Positions 1-20,948 of a stretch of DNA of 64,000 nucleotides are shown piece after piece. Source of the DNA: the human T2T-CHM13v2.0 reference genome, Homo sapiens. The position numbers and the translations under genes were made by a program. Numbering within the stretch: position 1 is the stretch's first letter; each line of letters opens with the position of its first letter. The notes beneath the pieces are model-generated. The model did no database searches and was not told the DNA's origin. It worked only from the letters and a program-made list of their open reading frames with translations. The stretch lies in assembly GCF_009914755.1 (NCBI RefSeq), contig NC_060948.1, one strand, 5' to 3'.

Positions 1-1309
1 TAAATTATACATTATATATATTATATATAATATATCTGTTATATATAATACCCATTATGCATAATATATATATTATGTCTATGTTATATATAGTATAAAA
101 CAACATATAATAATATATAATTGTATATATAAAATGCGACATATAATATATATTTTATTTTATGACATATGTAATATATATTATATATTATATATAATAC
201 GTTGTATGTATAATACCTATATTAAATATATATTATATGACTATGTTATTAATTACATGTCACATATGTTATATATTATATATTTTACATAGAATATACC
301 GGTTACATACAATTTATACTATGTTACCTATAATGTATAATTGATTACATGTAAAATAAAGAATGCAATATATTATGTATAATTTATAATATACAATATG
401 TGGAATGTGATATATATAACATATAATATATGATATATGATATACAGTATATGATATATAACATACAATATATGATACCTAATATATATGGTATACAATA
501 TATATTTTATGATATGTATTCTATATGTTTTATATTCTGTTATATATAACTATTTGAAATTATATATAACTGTATATTTTATGTAAATATGTAATATAAT
601 ATATATAACTATATAATATATTATATAAAACTATATATTATGTTATATATACTTTTATAACATAATTTACATAAAATGTCATAATATAATATATATTATA
701 TTATTTCACATTACATAATATATATTACATATCACCCAATATAAGTAACATACATAATATTATAATATAGATTATATTATGTTATATTAAATATCATATA
801 TATCATGTATCATATATTCTATAATATATATTACACATTATATAATATGTATGTTGTCTATTTTGTGATATATAAAACTATATATATAATTATATTATTA
901 TACATATAACTAGATAAGCATGTAATTATACATATTTTCATTTGTAATATATAGAATTATATAATCATATATAATTATTTATATTCTATAAAAAATTATA
1001 TCATTATATAAATTATAATATAAAAAAATTATAATATGTACTACAAATATATATATTATATATCATATATGATATAGTACCTTTGTTATATATCATAATA
1101 CATATAAATGTGTATTATGTTATCTATAATTATATAATTTCATATATAAGATGTATAATATGTATTATATATTGTCTATGTTATGTAATATATATAGTAT
1201 ATGTAAGCTGACACAGGATAAATATTATATACTATGACATATAAAATATATGAGGTTATATGTTACATATAAGGCATAGCACATAACATGTAATATATAT
1301 CATATATAA
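1..1309. repeat. AT-rich low-complexity segment of DYZ2 (partial, cut by window edge)
   Basis: Degenerate (TA)n/TATAA sequence, colinear with 2416-3728. Confidence 0.9.
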
Positions 1310-1601
<292 letters not shown>

Positions 1602-2175
1602 AGATCCATATTTTTTAAATGAAAAAAAATTTCAAAGGTACTCTGCTTGGTACAATAATCAAATGTATAAACTGAGGAATAAAACATAACCATGAAACCT
1701 ACTTATAACTGCATATGGAAAATACAGAGGATAATTTCTTAAATAACATATTTTGAAAGCCTTAACTAGTAATTTGAAGAGTTGGCATTTGAAAGGCCAG
1801 TATGAATATACCTTCAAAGCAGCAACACAGGTTCCCCATGAGAAAAAGCAAACTCAGGGAAAATAAAACCACAAAGGTTCAATCTCTTCTGACCTTTGAA
1901 AGACACAGCACAGACAGTGGTCCTTAGGACGAAGAGCAGGAGACCCCTAATTCCGTCACCATGGCGATAGGGCATAAACATTGCTGGGTGAGGGCACAAT
2001 CCACATTGAGAGGTCCAACTGCTGCCAGGAAGACAGGAGTGCTTTTATATAGACCGAAAGGTCATTGAAGGCTCAGAGTTTTGTTTCAAGAACTGAATCC
2101 CAAGCCCACACGTTATTAGGCTGCGCTTCTTAAAACAAGTTATGAGATGGGAAAAAGGGCACCCACAAACATACG
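1602..2175. repeat. HSATI-type segment of DYZ2 unit (representative; follows each of the 26 Alus)
   Basis: ~570-bp mixed-composition block between the Alu 5' end and the AT-rich segment, near-identical in all units. The HSATI name is inferred from the known DYZ2 layout. Confidence 0.8.
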
Positions 2176-4020
<1,845 letters not shown>

Positions 4021-6147
4021 AGATCCATATTTTGTAAATGAAAAACAATTTCAAAGGTACTCTGCTTGGTTCAATAATCAAATGTATAAACTGAGGAATG
4101 AAACATAACCATGAAACCTACTTATAACTGCATATGGAAAATACAGAGGATAATTTTTTAAATAACATATTTTGAAAGCCTTAACTAGTAATTTGAAGAG
4201 TTGGCATTTGAAAGGCCAGTATGAATATACCTTCAAAGCAGCAACACAGGTTCCCCATGAGAAAAAGCAAACTCAGGGAAAATAAAAACACAAAGGTTCA
4301 ATCTCTTCTGACCTTTGAAAGACACAGCACAGACAGTGGTCCTTAGGACGAAGAGCAGGAGACCCCTAATTCCGTCACCATGGCGATAGGGCATAAACAT
4401 TGCTGGGTGAGGGCACAATCCACATTGTGAGGTCCAACTGCTGCCAGGAAGACAGGAGTGCTTTTACATAGACCGAAAGGTCATTGAAGGCTCAGAGTTT
4501 TGTTTCAAGAACTGAATCCCAAGCCCACACGTTATTAGGCTGCGCTTCTTAAAACAAGTTATGAGATGGGAAAAAGGGCACCCACAAACAAACGTATACA
4601 TTATGTATATAATAATATACAGTATCATATATATAATATATATAACCTATGTATAATATTGTTTTACATCCTGCATCTTATGTTATATATATTGTATAAA
4701 ATATAATAATTGATAATATATAAGTTTTATATTTATACAATATGACATATAGTATATATTATAATTTATGACATATATGATATATGTTATATATCATATA
4801 TAGAATATATTATACGGTTAATATACGTATTAAATATAAATTCTACATTATATATATTATATATAATATATCTGTTATATATAATACCCATTATGCATAA
4901 TAAATATATTATGTCTAGGTTATATATAGTATAAAACAACATATAATAATATATAATTGTATATATAAAATGTAACATATAATATATATTATATTTTATA
5001 ACATATGTAATATATATTATATATTATATATAATACGTTGTATGCATAATACCTATATTAAATATATATTATATGACTATGTTATTAATTACATGTCACG
5101 TGTGTTATATATTATATATTTTACATAGAATATACCGGTTACATTCAATATATACTATGTTACCTATAATGTATAATTTATTACATGTAAAATAAAGAAT
5201 GCAATATATTATGTATAATTTATAATATACAATATGTGGAATGTGATATATATAACATATAATATATGATATATGATATACAGTATATGATATATAACAT
5301 ACAATATATGATTCCTAATATATATGGTATACAATATATATTTTATGATATGTATTCTATATGTTTTATATTCTGTTATATATAACTATTTGAAATTATA
5401 TATAACTGTATACTATTTTATGTAAATATGTAATATAATATATATAAATATATAATATATTATATATAACTATATATTATGTTATATATACTTTTATAAC
5501 ATAATTTACAAAAATATCATAACATAATATATATTATATTATTTCATATTACATAATATATATTACATATCACCCAATATAACTAACATACATAATATTA
5601 TAATATAGATTATATTATGTTATATTAAATATCATATATATCATGTATCATATATTCTATAATATATATTACACATTATATAATATGTATGTTGTCTATT
5701 ATGTGACATATATAAATCTATATATAATTTTATTTTTATACATATAACTAGATAAACATGTAATTCTACATATTTTCATTTATAATATTTAGAATTATAT
5801 AATCATATATAATTATTTATATTCTATAAAAAATTTTATCATTATATAAATTATAATATATAAAAATTATAATATGTACTACAAATATATATATTATATA
5901 TCATATATGATATAGTACCTTTGTTATATATCATAATACATATAAATGTGTATTATGTTATCTATAATTATATAATTTCATATATAAGATGTATAATATG
6001 TATCATATATTATATATGTTATGTAATATACATAGTATATATAAGATGACACAGGATAAATATTATATACTATGACATATAAAATATATCAGGTTATATG
6101 TTACATATAAGGCATAGCACATAACATGTAATATATATCATATATAA

Positions 6148-6439
<292 letters not shown>

Positions 6440-8567
6440 AGATCCATATTTTTTAAATGAAAAAAAATTTCAAAGGTACTCTGCTTGGTACAATAATCAA
6501 ATGTATAAACTGAGGAATAAAACATAACCATGAAACCTACTTATAACTGCATATGGAAAATACAGAGGATAATTTTTTAAATAACATATTTTGAAAGCCT
6601 TAACTAGTAATTTGAAGAGCTGGCATTTGAAAGGCCAGTATGAATATACCTTCAAAGCAGCAACACAGGTTTCCCCAAGAGAAAAAGCAAACACAGGGAA
6701 AATAAAAACAGAAAGGTTCAATCTCTTCTGACCTTTGAAAGACACAGCACAGACAGTGGTCCTTAGGACGAAGAGCAGGAGACCCCTAATTCCGTCACCA
6801 TGGCGATAGGGCATAAACATTGCTGGGTGAGGGCACAATCCACATTGTGAGGTCCAACTGCTGCCAGGAAGACAGGAGTGCTTTTACATAGACCGAAAGG
6901 TCATTGAAGGCTCAGAGTTTTGTTTCAAGAACTGAATCCCAAGCCCACACGTTATTAGGCTGCGCTTCTTAAAACAAGTTATGAGATGGGAAAAAGGGCA
7001 CCCACAAACATACGTATACATTATGTATATAATAATATACAGTATCATATATATAATATATATAACCTATGTATAATATTGTTTTACATCCTGCATCTTA
7101 TGTTATATATATTGTATAAAATATAATAATTGATAATATATAAGTTTTATATTTATACAATATGACATATAGTATATATTATAATTTATGACATATATAA
7201 TATATGTTATATATCATATATAGAATATATTATACGGTTAATATACGTATTAAATATAAATTATACATTATATATATTATATATAATATATCTGTTATAT
7301 ATAATACCCATTATGCATAATATATATATTATGTCTATGTTCTATATAGTATAAAACAACATATAATAATATATAATTGTATATATAAAATGCGACATAT
7401 AATATATATTATATTTTATAACATATGTAATATATATTATATATTATATGTAATACGTTGTATGTATAATACCTATATTAAATATATATTATATGACTAT
7501 GTTATTAATTACATGTCACATGTGTTATATATTATTTATTTTACACAGAATATACCGGTTATATACAATATATACTATGTTACCTACAATGTATAATTTA
7601 TTACATGTAAAATAAAGAATGCAATATATTATGTATAATTTATAAAATACAATATGTGGAATGTGATATATATAACATATAATATATGATATAGGATATA
7701 CGGTATATGATATATAACATACAATATATGATACCTAATATATATGGTATACAATATATATTTTATGACATGTATTCTCTATGTTTTATATTCTGTTATA
7801 TATAACTATTTGAAATTATATATAACTGTATAATATTTTATGTAAATATGTAATATAATATATATAAAAATATAATATATTATATATAACTATATATTAT
7901 GTTATATATAATTTTATAACATAATTTACATAAAATATCATAATATAATATATATTATATTATTTCATACTACATAATATATATTACATATCTCCCAATA
8001 TAAGTAACATATATAATATTATAATATAGATTATATTATGTTATATTAAATATCATATATATCATGTATCATATATTCTATAATATATATTATACATTAT
8101 ATAATATGTGTGTTGTCTATTATGTGATATATATAATTATATATATAATTATATTATTATACATATAACTAGATAAACATGTAATTCTACATATTTTCAT
8201 TTATAATATATAGAATTATATAATCATATATAATTATATATATTCTATAAAAAATTATATCATCATATAAATTATAATATATAAAAATTATAATATGTAC
8301 TACAAATATATATATTATATATCATATATGATATAGTAATTTGTTATATATCATAATACATATAAATGTGTATTATGTTACCTATAATTATATAATTTCA
8401 TATATAAGATGTATAATATGTATTATATATTATATATGTTATGAAATATATATAGTATATATAAGATGACACAGGATAAATATTATATACTATGACATAT
8501 AAAATATATGAGGTTATATGTTACATATAAGGCATAGCACATAACATGTAATATATATCATCTATAA

Positions 8568-8859
<292 letters not shown>

Positions 8860-10986
8860 AGATCCATATTTTTTAAATGAAAAAAAATTTCAAAGGTACT
8901 CTGCTTGGTACAATAATCAAATGTATAAACTGAGGAATAAAACATAACCATGAAACCTACTTATAACTGCATATGGAAAATACAGAGGATAATTTTTTAA
9001 ATAACATATTTTGAAAGCCTTAACTAGTAATTTGAAGAGTTGGCATTTGAAAGGCCAGTATGAATATACCTTCAAAGCAGCAACACAGGTTCCCCATGAG
9101 AAAAAGCAAACTCAGGGAAAATAAAACCACAAAGGTTCAATCTCTTCTGACCTTTGAAAGACACAGCACAGACAGTGGTCCTTAGGACGAAGAGCAGGAG
9201 ACCCCTAATTCCGTCACCATGGCGATAGGGCATAAATATTGCTGGGTGAGGGCACAATCCACATTGTGAGGTCCAACTGCTGCCAGGAAGACAGGAGTGC
9301 TTTTACATAGACCGAAAGGTCATTGAAGGCTGAGAGTTTTGTTTCAAGAACTGAATCCCAAGCCCACACGTTATTAGGCTGCGCTTCTTAAAACAAGTTA
9401 TGAGATGGGAAAAAGGGCACCTACAAACATACGTATACATTATGTATATAATAATATACAGTATCATATATATAATATATATAACCCATGTATAATATTG
9501 TTTTACATCCTGCATCTTATATTATATATATTGTATAAAATATAATAATTGATAATATATAAATTTTATATTTATACAATATGACATATAGTATATATTA
9601 TAATTTATTACATATATAATATATGTTATATATCATATATAGAATATATTATACGGTTAATATACGTATTAAATATAAATTATACATTATATATATTATA
9701 TATAATATATCTGCTATATATAATACCCATTATGCATAATATATATATTATGTCTATGTTATATATAGTATAAAACAACATATAATAATATATAATTGTA
9801 TATATAAAACGCGACATATAATATATATTATATTTTTTGACATATGTAATATATATTATATATTATATATAATACGTTGTATGTATAATACCTATATTAA
9901 ATATAAATTATATGACTATGTTATTAATTACATGTCACATATGTTATATATTATATATTTTACATAGAATATACTGGTTACATACAATATATACTATGTT
10001 ACCTATAATGTATAATTTATTACATGTAAAATAAAGAATGCAATATATTATGTATAATTTATAATATACAATATGTGGAATGTGATATATATAACATATA
10101 ATATATGATATAGGATATACAGTATATGATATATAACATACAATATATGATACCTAATATATATGGTATACAATATATATTTTATGACATGTATTCTCTA
10201 TGTTTTATATTCTGTTATATATAACTATTTGAAATTATATATAACTGTATAATATTTTATGTAAATATGTAATATAATATATATAAAAATATAATATATT
10301 ATATATAACTATATATTATGTTATATATAATTTTATAACATAATTTACATAAAATATCATAATATAATATATATTATATTATTTCATACTACATAATATA
10401 TATTACATATCTCCCAATATAAGTAACATATATAATATTATAATATAGATTATATTATGTTATATTAAATATCATATATATCATGTATCATATATTCTAT
10501 AATATATATTATACATTATATAATATGTGTGTTGTCTATTATGTGATATATATAATTATATATATAATTATATTATTATACATATAACTAGATAAACATG
10601 TAATTCTACATATTTTCATTTATAATATATAGAATTATATAATCATATATAATTATATATATTCTATAAAAAATTATATCATCATATAAATTATAATATA
10701 TAAAAATTATAATATGTATTACAAATATATATATTATATATCATATATGATATAGTAATTTGTTATATATCATAATACATATAAATGTGTATTATGTTAC
10801 CTATAATTATATAATTTCATATATAAGATGTATAATATGTATTATATATTATATATGTTATGAAATATATATAGTATATATAAGATGACACAGGATAAAT
10901 ATTATATACTATGACATATAAAATATATGAGGTTATATGTTACATATAAGGCATAGCACATAACATGTAATATATATCATCTATAA

Positions 10987-11278
<292 letters not shown>

Positions 11279-13402
11279 AGATCCATATTTTTTAAATGAA
11301 AAAAAATTTCAAAGGTACTCTGCTTGGTACAATAATCAAATGTATAAACTGAGGAATAAAACATAACCATGAAACCTACTTATAACTGCATATGGAAAAT
11401 ACAGAGGATAATTTTTTAAATAACATATTTTGAAAGCCTTAACTAGTAATTTGAAGAGTTGGCATTTGAAAGGCCAGTATGAATATACCTTCAAAGCAGC
11501 AACACAGGTTCCCCATGAGAAAAAGCAAACTCAGGGAAAATAAAACCACAAAGGTTCAATCTCTTCTGACCTTTGAAAGACACAGCACAGACAGTGGTCC
11601 TTAGGACGAAGAGCAGGAGACCCCTAATTCCGTCACCATGGCGATAGGGCATAAATATTGCTGGGTGAGGGCACAATCCACATTGTGAGGTCCAACTGCT
11701 GCCAGGAAGACAGGAGTGCTTTTACATAGACCGAAAGGTCATTGAAGGCTCAGAGTTTTGTTTCAAAAACTGAATCCCAAGCCCACACGTTATTAGGCTG
11801 CGCTTCTTAAAACAAGTTATGAGATGGGAAAAAGGGCACCTACAAACATACGTATACATTATGTATATAATAATATACAGTATCATATATATAATATATA
11901 TAACCCATGTATAATATTGTTTTACATCCTGCATCTTATATTATATATATTGTATAAAATATAATAATTGATAATATATAAATTTTATATTTATACAATA
12001 TGACATATAGTATATATTATAATTTATTACATATATAATATATGTTATATATCATATATAGAATATATTATACGGTTAATATACGTATTAAATATAAATT
12101 ATACATTATATATATTATATATAATATATCTGCTATATATAATACCCATTATGCATAATATATATATTATGTCTATGTTATATATAGTATAAAACAACAT
12201 ATAATAATATATAATTGTATATATAAAACGCGACATATAATATATATTATATTTTTTGACATATGTAATATATATTATATATTATATATAATACGTTGTA
12301 TGTATAATACCTATATTAAATATAAATTATATGACTATGTTATTAATTACATGTCACATATGTTATATATTATATATTTTACATAGAATATACCGGTTAC
12401 ATACAATATATACTATGTTACCTATAATGTATAATTTATTACATGTAAAATAAAGAATGCAATATATTATGTATAATTTATAATATACAATATGTGGAAT
12501 GTGATATATATAACTTATAATATATGATATATGATATACAGTATATGATATATAACATACAATATATGATACCTAATATATATGGTATACAATATATATT
12601 TTATGATATGTATTCTATATGTTTTATATTCTGTTATATATAACTATTTGAAATTATATATAACTGTATAATATTTTATGTAAATATGTAATATAATATA
12701 TAACTATATAATATATTATATATAACTATATATTATGTTATATATACTTTTATAACATAATTTACATAAAATATCATAATATAATATATATTATATTATT
12801 TCATATTACATAATATATATTACATATCACCCAATATAAGTAACATACATAATATTATAATATAGATTATATTATGTTATATTAAATATCATATATATCA
12901 TGTATCATATATTCTATAATATATATGATACATTATATAATATGTATGTTGTCTATTATGTGATATATATAACTATATATAATTATATTATTATACATAT
13001 TACTAGATAAACATGTAATTCTACATATTTTCATTTATAATATATAGAATTATATAATTATATATAATTATTTATATTCTATAAAAAATTATATCATTAT
13101 ATAAATTATAATATATAAAAATTATAATATGTACTACAAATATATATATTATATATCATATATGATATAGTACCTTTGTTATATATCATAATACATATAA
13201 ATGTGTATTATGTTATCTATAATTATATAATTTCATATATAAGATGTATAATATGTATTATATATTATATATGTTATGTAATATATATAGTATATATAAG
13301 ATGACACAGGATAAATATTATATACTATGACATATAAAATATATGAGGTTATATGTTACATATAAGGCATAGCACATAACATGTAATATATATCATATAT
13401 AA

Positions 13403-13694
<292 letters not shown>

Positions 13695-15797
13695 AGATCC
13701 ATATTTTTTAAATGAAAAAAAATTTCAAAGGTACTCTGCTTGGTACAATAATCAAATGTATAAACTGAGGAATAAAACATAACCATGAAACCTACTTATA
13801 ACTGCATATGGAAAATACAGAGGATAATTTCTTAAATAACATATTTTGAAAGCCTTAACTAGTAATTTGAAGAGTTGGCATTTGAAAGGCCAGTATGAAT
13901 ATACCTTCAAAGCAGCAACACAGGTTCCCCATGAGAAAAAGCAAACTCAGGGAAAATAAAACCACAAAGGTTCAATCTCTTCTGACCTTTGAAAGACACA
14001 GCACAGACAGTGGTCCTTAGGACGAAGAGCAGGAGACCCCTAATTCCGTCACCATGGCGATAGGGCATAAACATTGCTGGGTGAGGGCACAATCCACATT
14101 GTGAGGTCCAACTGCTGCCAGGAAGACAGGAGTGCTTTTACATAGACCGAAAGGTCATTGAAGGCTGAGAGTTTTGTTTCAAGAACTGAATCCCAAGCCC
14201 ACACGTTATTAGGCTGCGCTTCTTAAAACAAGTTATGAGATGGGAAAAAGGGCACCTACAAACATACGTATACATTATGTATATAATAATATACAGTATC
14301 ATATATATAATATATATAACCCATGTATAATATTGTTTTACATCCTGCATCTTATATTATATATATTGTATAAAATATAATAATTGATAATATATAAATT
14401 TTATATTTATACAATATGACATATAGTATATATTATAATTTATTACATATATAATATATGTTATATATCATATATAGAATATATTATACGGTTAATATAC
14501 GTATTAAATATAAATTATACATTATATATATTATATATAATATATCTGCTATATATAATACCCATTATGCATAATATATATATTATGTCTATGTTATATA
14601 TAGTATAAAACAACATATAATAATATATAATTGTATATATAAAACGCGACATATAATATATATTATATTTTTTGACATATGTAATATATATTATATATTA
14701 TATATAATACGTTGTATGTATAATACCTATATTAAATATAAATTATATGACTATGTTATTAATTACATGTCACATATGTTATATATTATATATTTTACAT
14801 AGAATATACTGGTTACATACAATATATACTATGTTACCTATAATGTATAATTTATTACATGTAAAATAAAGAATGCAATATATTATGTATAATTTATAAT
14901 ATACAATATGTGGAATGTGATATATATAACATATAATATATGATATATGATATACAGTATATGATATATAACATACAATATATGATACCTAATATATATG
15001 GTATACAATATATATTTTATGATATGTATTCTATATGTTTTATATTCTGTTATATATAACTATTTGAAATTATATATAACTGTATAATATTTTATGTAAA
15101 TATGTAATATAATATATAACTATATAATATGTTATATATAACTATATATTATGTTATATATACTTTTATAACATAATTTACATAAAATATCATAATATAA
15201 TATATATTATATTATTTCATATTACATAATACATATTACATATTACCCAATATAAGTAACATACATAATATTATAATATAGATTATATTATGTTATATTA
15301 AATATCATATATATCATGTATCATATATTCTATAATATATATTACACATTATATAATATGTATGTTGTCTATTATGTGATATATATAACTATATATATAA
15401 TTATATTATTTTACATATAACTAGATAAACATGTAATTCTACATATTTTCATTTATAATATATAGAATTATATAATCATATATAATTATTTATATTCTAT
15501 AAAAAATTATGTCATTATATAAATTATAATATATAAAAATTATAATATGTACTACAAATATATATATTATATATCATATATGATATAGTACCTTTGTTAT
15601 ATATCATAATACATATAAATGTGTATTATGTTATCTATAATTATATAATTTCATATATAAGATGTATAATATGTATCATATATTATATAAGTTATGTAAT
15701 ATATATAGTATATATAAGATGACACAGGATAAATATTATAAACTATGACATATAAAATATATGAGGTTATATGTTACATATAAGGCATAGCACATAA

Positions 15798-16112
<315 letters not shown>

Positions 16113-18240
16113 AGATCCATATTTTTTAAATGAAAAAAAATTTCAAAGGTACTCTGCTTGGTACAATAATCAAATCTATAAACTGAGGAATAAAACATAA
16201 CCATGAAACCTACTTATAACTGCATATGGAAAATGCAGAGGATAATTTTTTAAATAACATATTTTGAAAGCCTTAACTAGTAATTTGAAGAGTTGGCATT
16301 TGAAAGGCCAGTATGAATATACCTTCAAAGCAGCAACACAGGTTCCCCATGAGAAAAAGCAAACTCAGGGAAAATAAAACCACAAAGGTTCAATCTCTTC
16401 TGACCTTTGAAAGACACAGCACAGACAGTGGTCCTTAGGATGAAGAGCAGGAGACCCCTAATTCCGTCACCATGGCGATAGGGCATAAACATTGCTGGGT
16501 GAGGGCACAATCCACATTGTGAGGTCCAACTGCTGCCAGGAAGACAGGAGTGCTTTTACATAGACCGAAAGGTCATTGAAGGCTCAGAGTTTTGTTTCAA
16601 GAACTGAATCCCAAGCCCACACGTTATTAGGCTGCGCTTCTTAAAACAAGTTATGAGATGGGAAAAAGGGCACCTACAAACATACGTATACATTATGTAT
16701 ATAATAATATACAGTATCATATATATAATATATATAACCTATGTATAATATTGTTTTACATCCTGTATCTTATGTTATATATATTGTATAAAATATAATA
16801 ATTGATAGTATATATGTTTTATATTTATACAATATGACATATAGTATATATTATAATTTATGACATATATAATATATGTTATATATCATATATAGAATAT
16901 ATTATACGGTTAATATACGTATTAAATATAAATTATACATTATATATATTATATATAATATATCTGTTATATATAATACCCATTATGCATAATATATATA
17001 TTATGTCTATGTTATATATAGTATAAAACAACATATAATAATATATAATTGTATATATAAAATGCGACATATAATATATATTATATTTTATAACATATGT
17101 AATATATATTATATATTATATATAATACGTTGTATGTATAATACCTATATTAAATATATATTATATGACTATGTTATTAATTACATGTCACATGTGTTAT
17201 ATATTATATATTTTACATAGAATATACCGGTTACATACAGTATATACTATGTTACCTATAATGTATAATTTATTACATGTAAAATAAAGAATGCAGTATA
17301 TTATGTATAATTTATAATATACCATATGTGGAATGTGATATATATAACATATAATAGATGATATATGATATACACTATATGATATATAACATACAATATA
17401 TGATTCCTAATATATATGGTATACAATATATATTTTATGATACGTATTCTATATGTTTTTTATTCTGTTATATATAACTATTTGAAATTATATATAACTG
17501 TATAATATTTTATGTAAATATGTAATATAATATATATAACTATATAATATATTATATATAACTATATATTATGTTATATATACTTTTACAACATAATTTA
17601 CATAAATTAGCATAATATAATATATATTATATTATTTCATATTACATAATATATATTACATATCACCCAATATAACTAACATACATAATATTATAATATA
17701 GATTATATTATGTTATATTAAATATCATATATATCATGTATCATATATTCTATAATATATATTACACATTATATAATATGTATGTTGTCTATTATGTGAT
17801 ATATATAACTATATATATAATTATATTTTTATACATATAACTAGATAAACATGTAATTCTACATATTTTCATTTATAATATGTAGAAGTATATAATCATA
17901 TATAATTATTTATATTCTATAAAAAATTTTATCATTATATAAATTATAATATATAAAAATTATAATATGTACTACAAATATATATATTATATATCATATA
18001 TGATATAGTACCTTTGTTATATATCATAATACATATAAATGTGTATTATGTTATCTATAATTATATAATTTCATATATAAGATGTATAATATGTATCATA
18101 TATTATATATGTTATGTAATATATATAGTATATATAAGATGACACAGGATAAATATTATATACTATGACATATAAAATATATCAGGTTATATGTTACATA
18201 TAAGGCATAGCACATAACATGTAATATATATCATATATAA

Positions 18241-18532
<292 letters not shown>

Positions 18533-20627
18533 AGATCCATATTTTTTAAATGAAAAAAAATTTCAAAGGTACTCTGCTTGGTACAATAATCAAATGTATA
18601 AACTGAGGAATAAAACATAACCATGAAACCTACTAATAACTGCATATGGAAAATACAGAGGATAATTTTTTAAATAACATATTTTGAAAGCCTTAACTAG
18701 TAATTTGAAGAGTTGGCATTTGAAAGGCCAGTATGAATATACCTTCAAAGCAGCAACACAGGTTCCCCATGAGAAACAGCAAACTCAGGGAAAATAAAAC
18801 CACAAAGGTTCAAGCTCTTCTGACCTTTGAAAGACACAGCACAGACAGTGGTCCTTAGGACGAAGAGCAGGAGACCCCTAATTCCGTCACCATGGCGATA
18901 GGGCATAAACATTGCTGGGTGAGGGCACAATCCACATTGTGAGGTCCAACTGCTGCCAGGAAGACAGGAGTGCTTTTACATAGACCGAAAGGTCATTGAA
19001 GGCTCAGAGTTTTGTTTCAAGAACTGAATCCCAAGCCCACACGTTATTAGGCTGCACTTCTTAAAACAAGTTATGAGATGGGAAAAAGGGCACCCACAAA
19101 CATACGTATACATTATGTATATAATAATATACAGTATCATATATATAATATATATAACCTATGTATAATATTGTTTTACATCCTGCATCTTATATAATAT
19201 ATATTGTCTAAAATATAATAATTGATAATATATAAGTTTTATATTTATACAATATGACATATAGTATATATTATAATTTATGACATATATAATATATGTT
19301 ATATATCATATATAGAATATATTATACGGTTAATATACGTATTAAATATAAATTATACATTATATATATTATATATAATATATCTGTTATATATAATACC
19401 TATTATGCATAATATGTATATTATGTCTATGTTATATATAGTATAAAACAACATATAATAATATATAATTGTATATATAAAATGCGACATATAATATATA
19501 TTATATTTTATGACATATGTAATATATATTATATATTATATATAATACGTTGTATGTATAATACCTATATTAAATATATATTATATGACTATGTTATTAA
19601 TTACATGTCACATGTGTTATATATTATATATTTTACATAGACTATACCGGTTACATACAATATATACTATGTTACTTATAATGTATAATTGATTACATGT
19701 AAAATAAAGAATGCAATATATTATGTATAATTTATAATATACAATATGTGGAATGTTATATATATAACATATAATATATGATATATGATATACAGTATAT
19801 GATATATAACATAAAATATATGATACCTAGTATATATGGTATACAATATATATTTTATGATATGTATTCTATATGTTTTATATTCTGTTATATATAACTA
19901 TTTGAAATTATATATAACTGTATAATATTTTATGTAAATATGTAATATAATATATATAACTATATAATATATTATATATAACTATATATTATGTTATATA
20001 TACTTTTATATCATAATTTACATAAAATGTCATAATATAATATATATTATATTATTTCATATTACATAATATATATTACATATCACCCAATATAAGTAAC
20101 ATACATAATATTATAATATAGATTATATTATGTTATGTTAAATATCATATATATCATGTATCATATATTCTATAATATATATTATACATTATATAATATG
20201 TATGTTGACTATTATGTGATATATATAACTATATATTATTATATTATTATACATATAACTAGATAAACATGTAATTCTACATATTTTCATTTATAATATA
20301 TAGAATTATATAATCATATATAATTATTTATATTCTATAAAAAATTATATCATTATATAAATTATAATATAAAAAAATATAATATGTACTACAAATATAT
20401 ATATTATATATCATATATGATATAGTACCTTTGTTATATATCATAATACATATAAATGTGTATTATGTTATCTATAATTATATAATTTCATATATAAGAT
20501 GTATAATATGTATTATATATTGTATATGTTATGTAATATATATAGTATATATAAGCTGACACAGGATAAATATTATATACTATGACATATAAAATATATG
20601 AGGTTATATGTTACATATAAGGCATAG

Positions 20628-20948
<321 letters not shown>

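Noticed and set aside
1-1309. AT-rich organelle or protist DNA (mitochondrial control region, Plasmodium)
   Set aside because: It is joined to a primate Alu in every unit
1814-1999. 61-aa minus-strand ORF (MCPHPAMF...) recurring in all units
   Set aside because: It recurs only because the satellite is repeated. It has no recognisable domain, visible variants often change amino acids, and it is frameshifted in U3/U11.
6497-6838. 113-aa ORF (also 25845-26186)
   Set aside because: Chance fusion of two frames by a 1-bp insertion; useful only as a lineage marker
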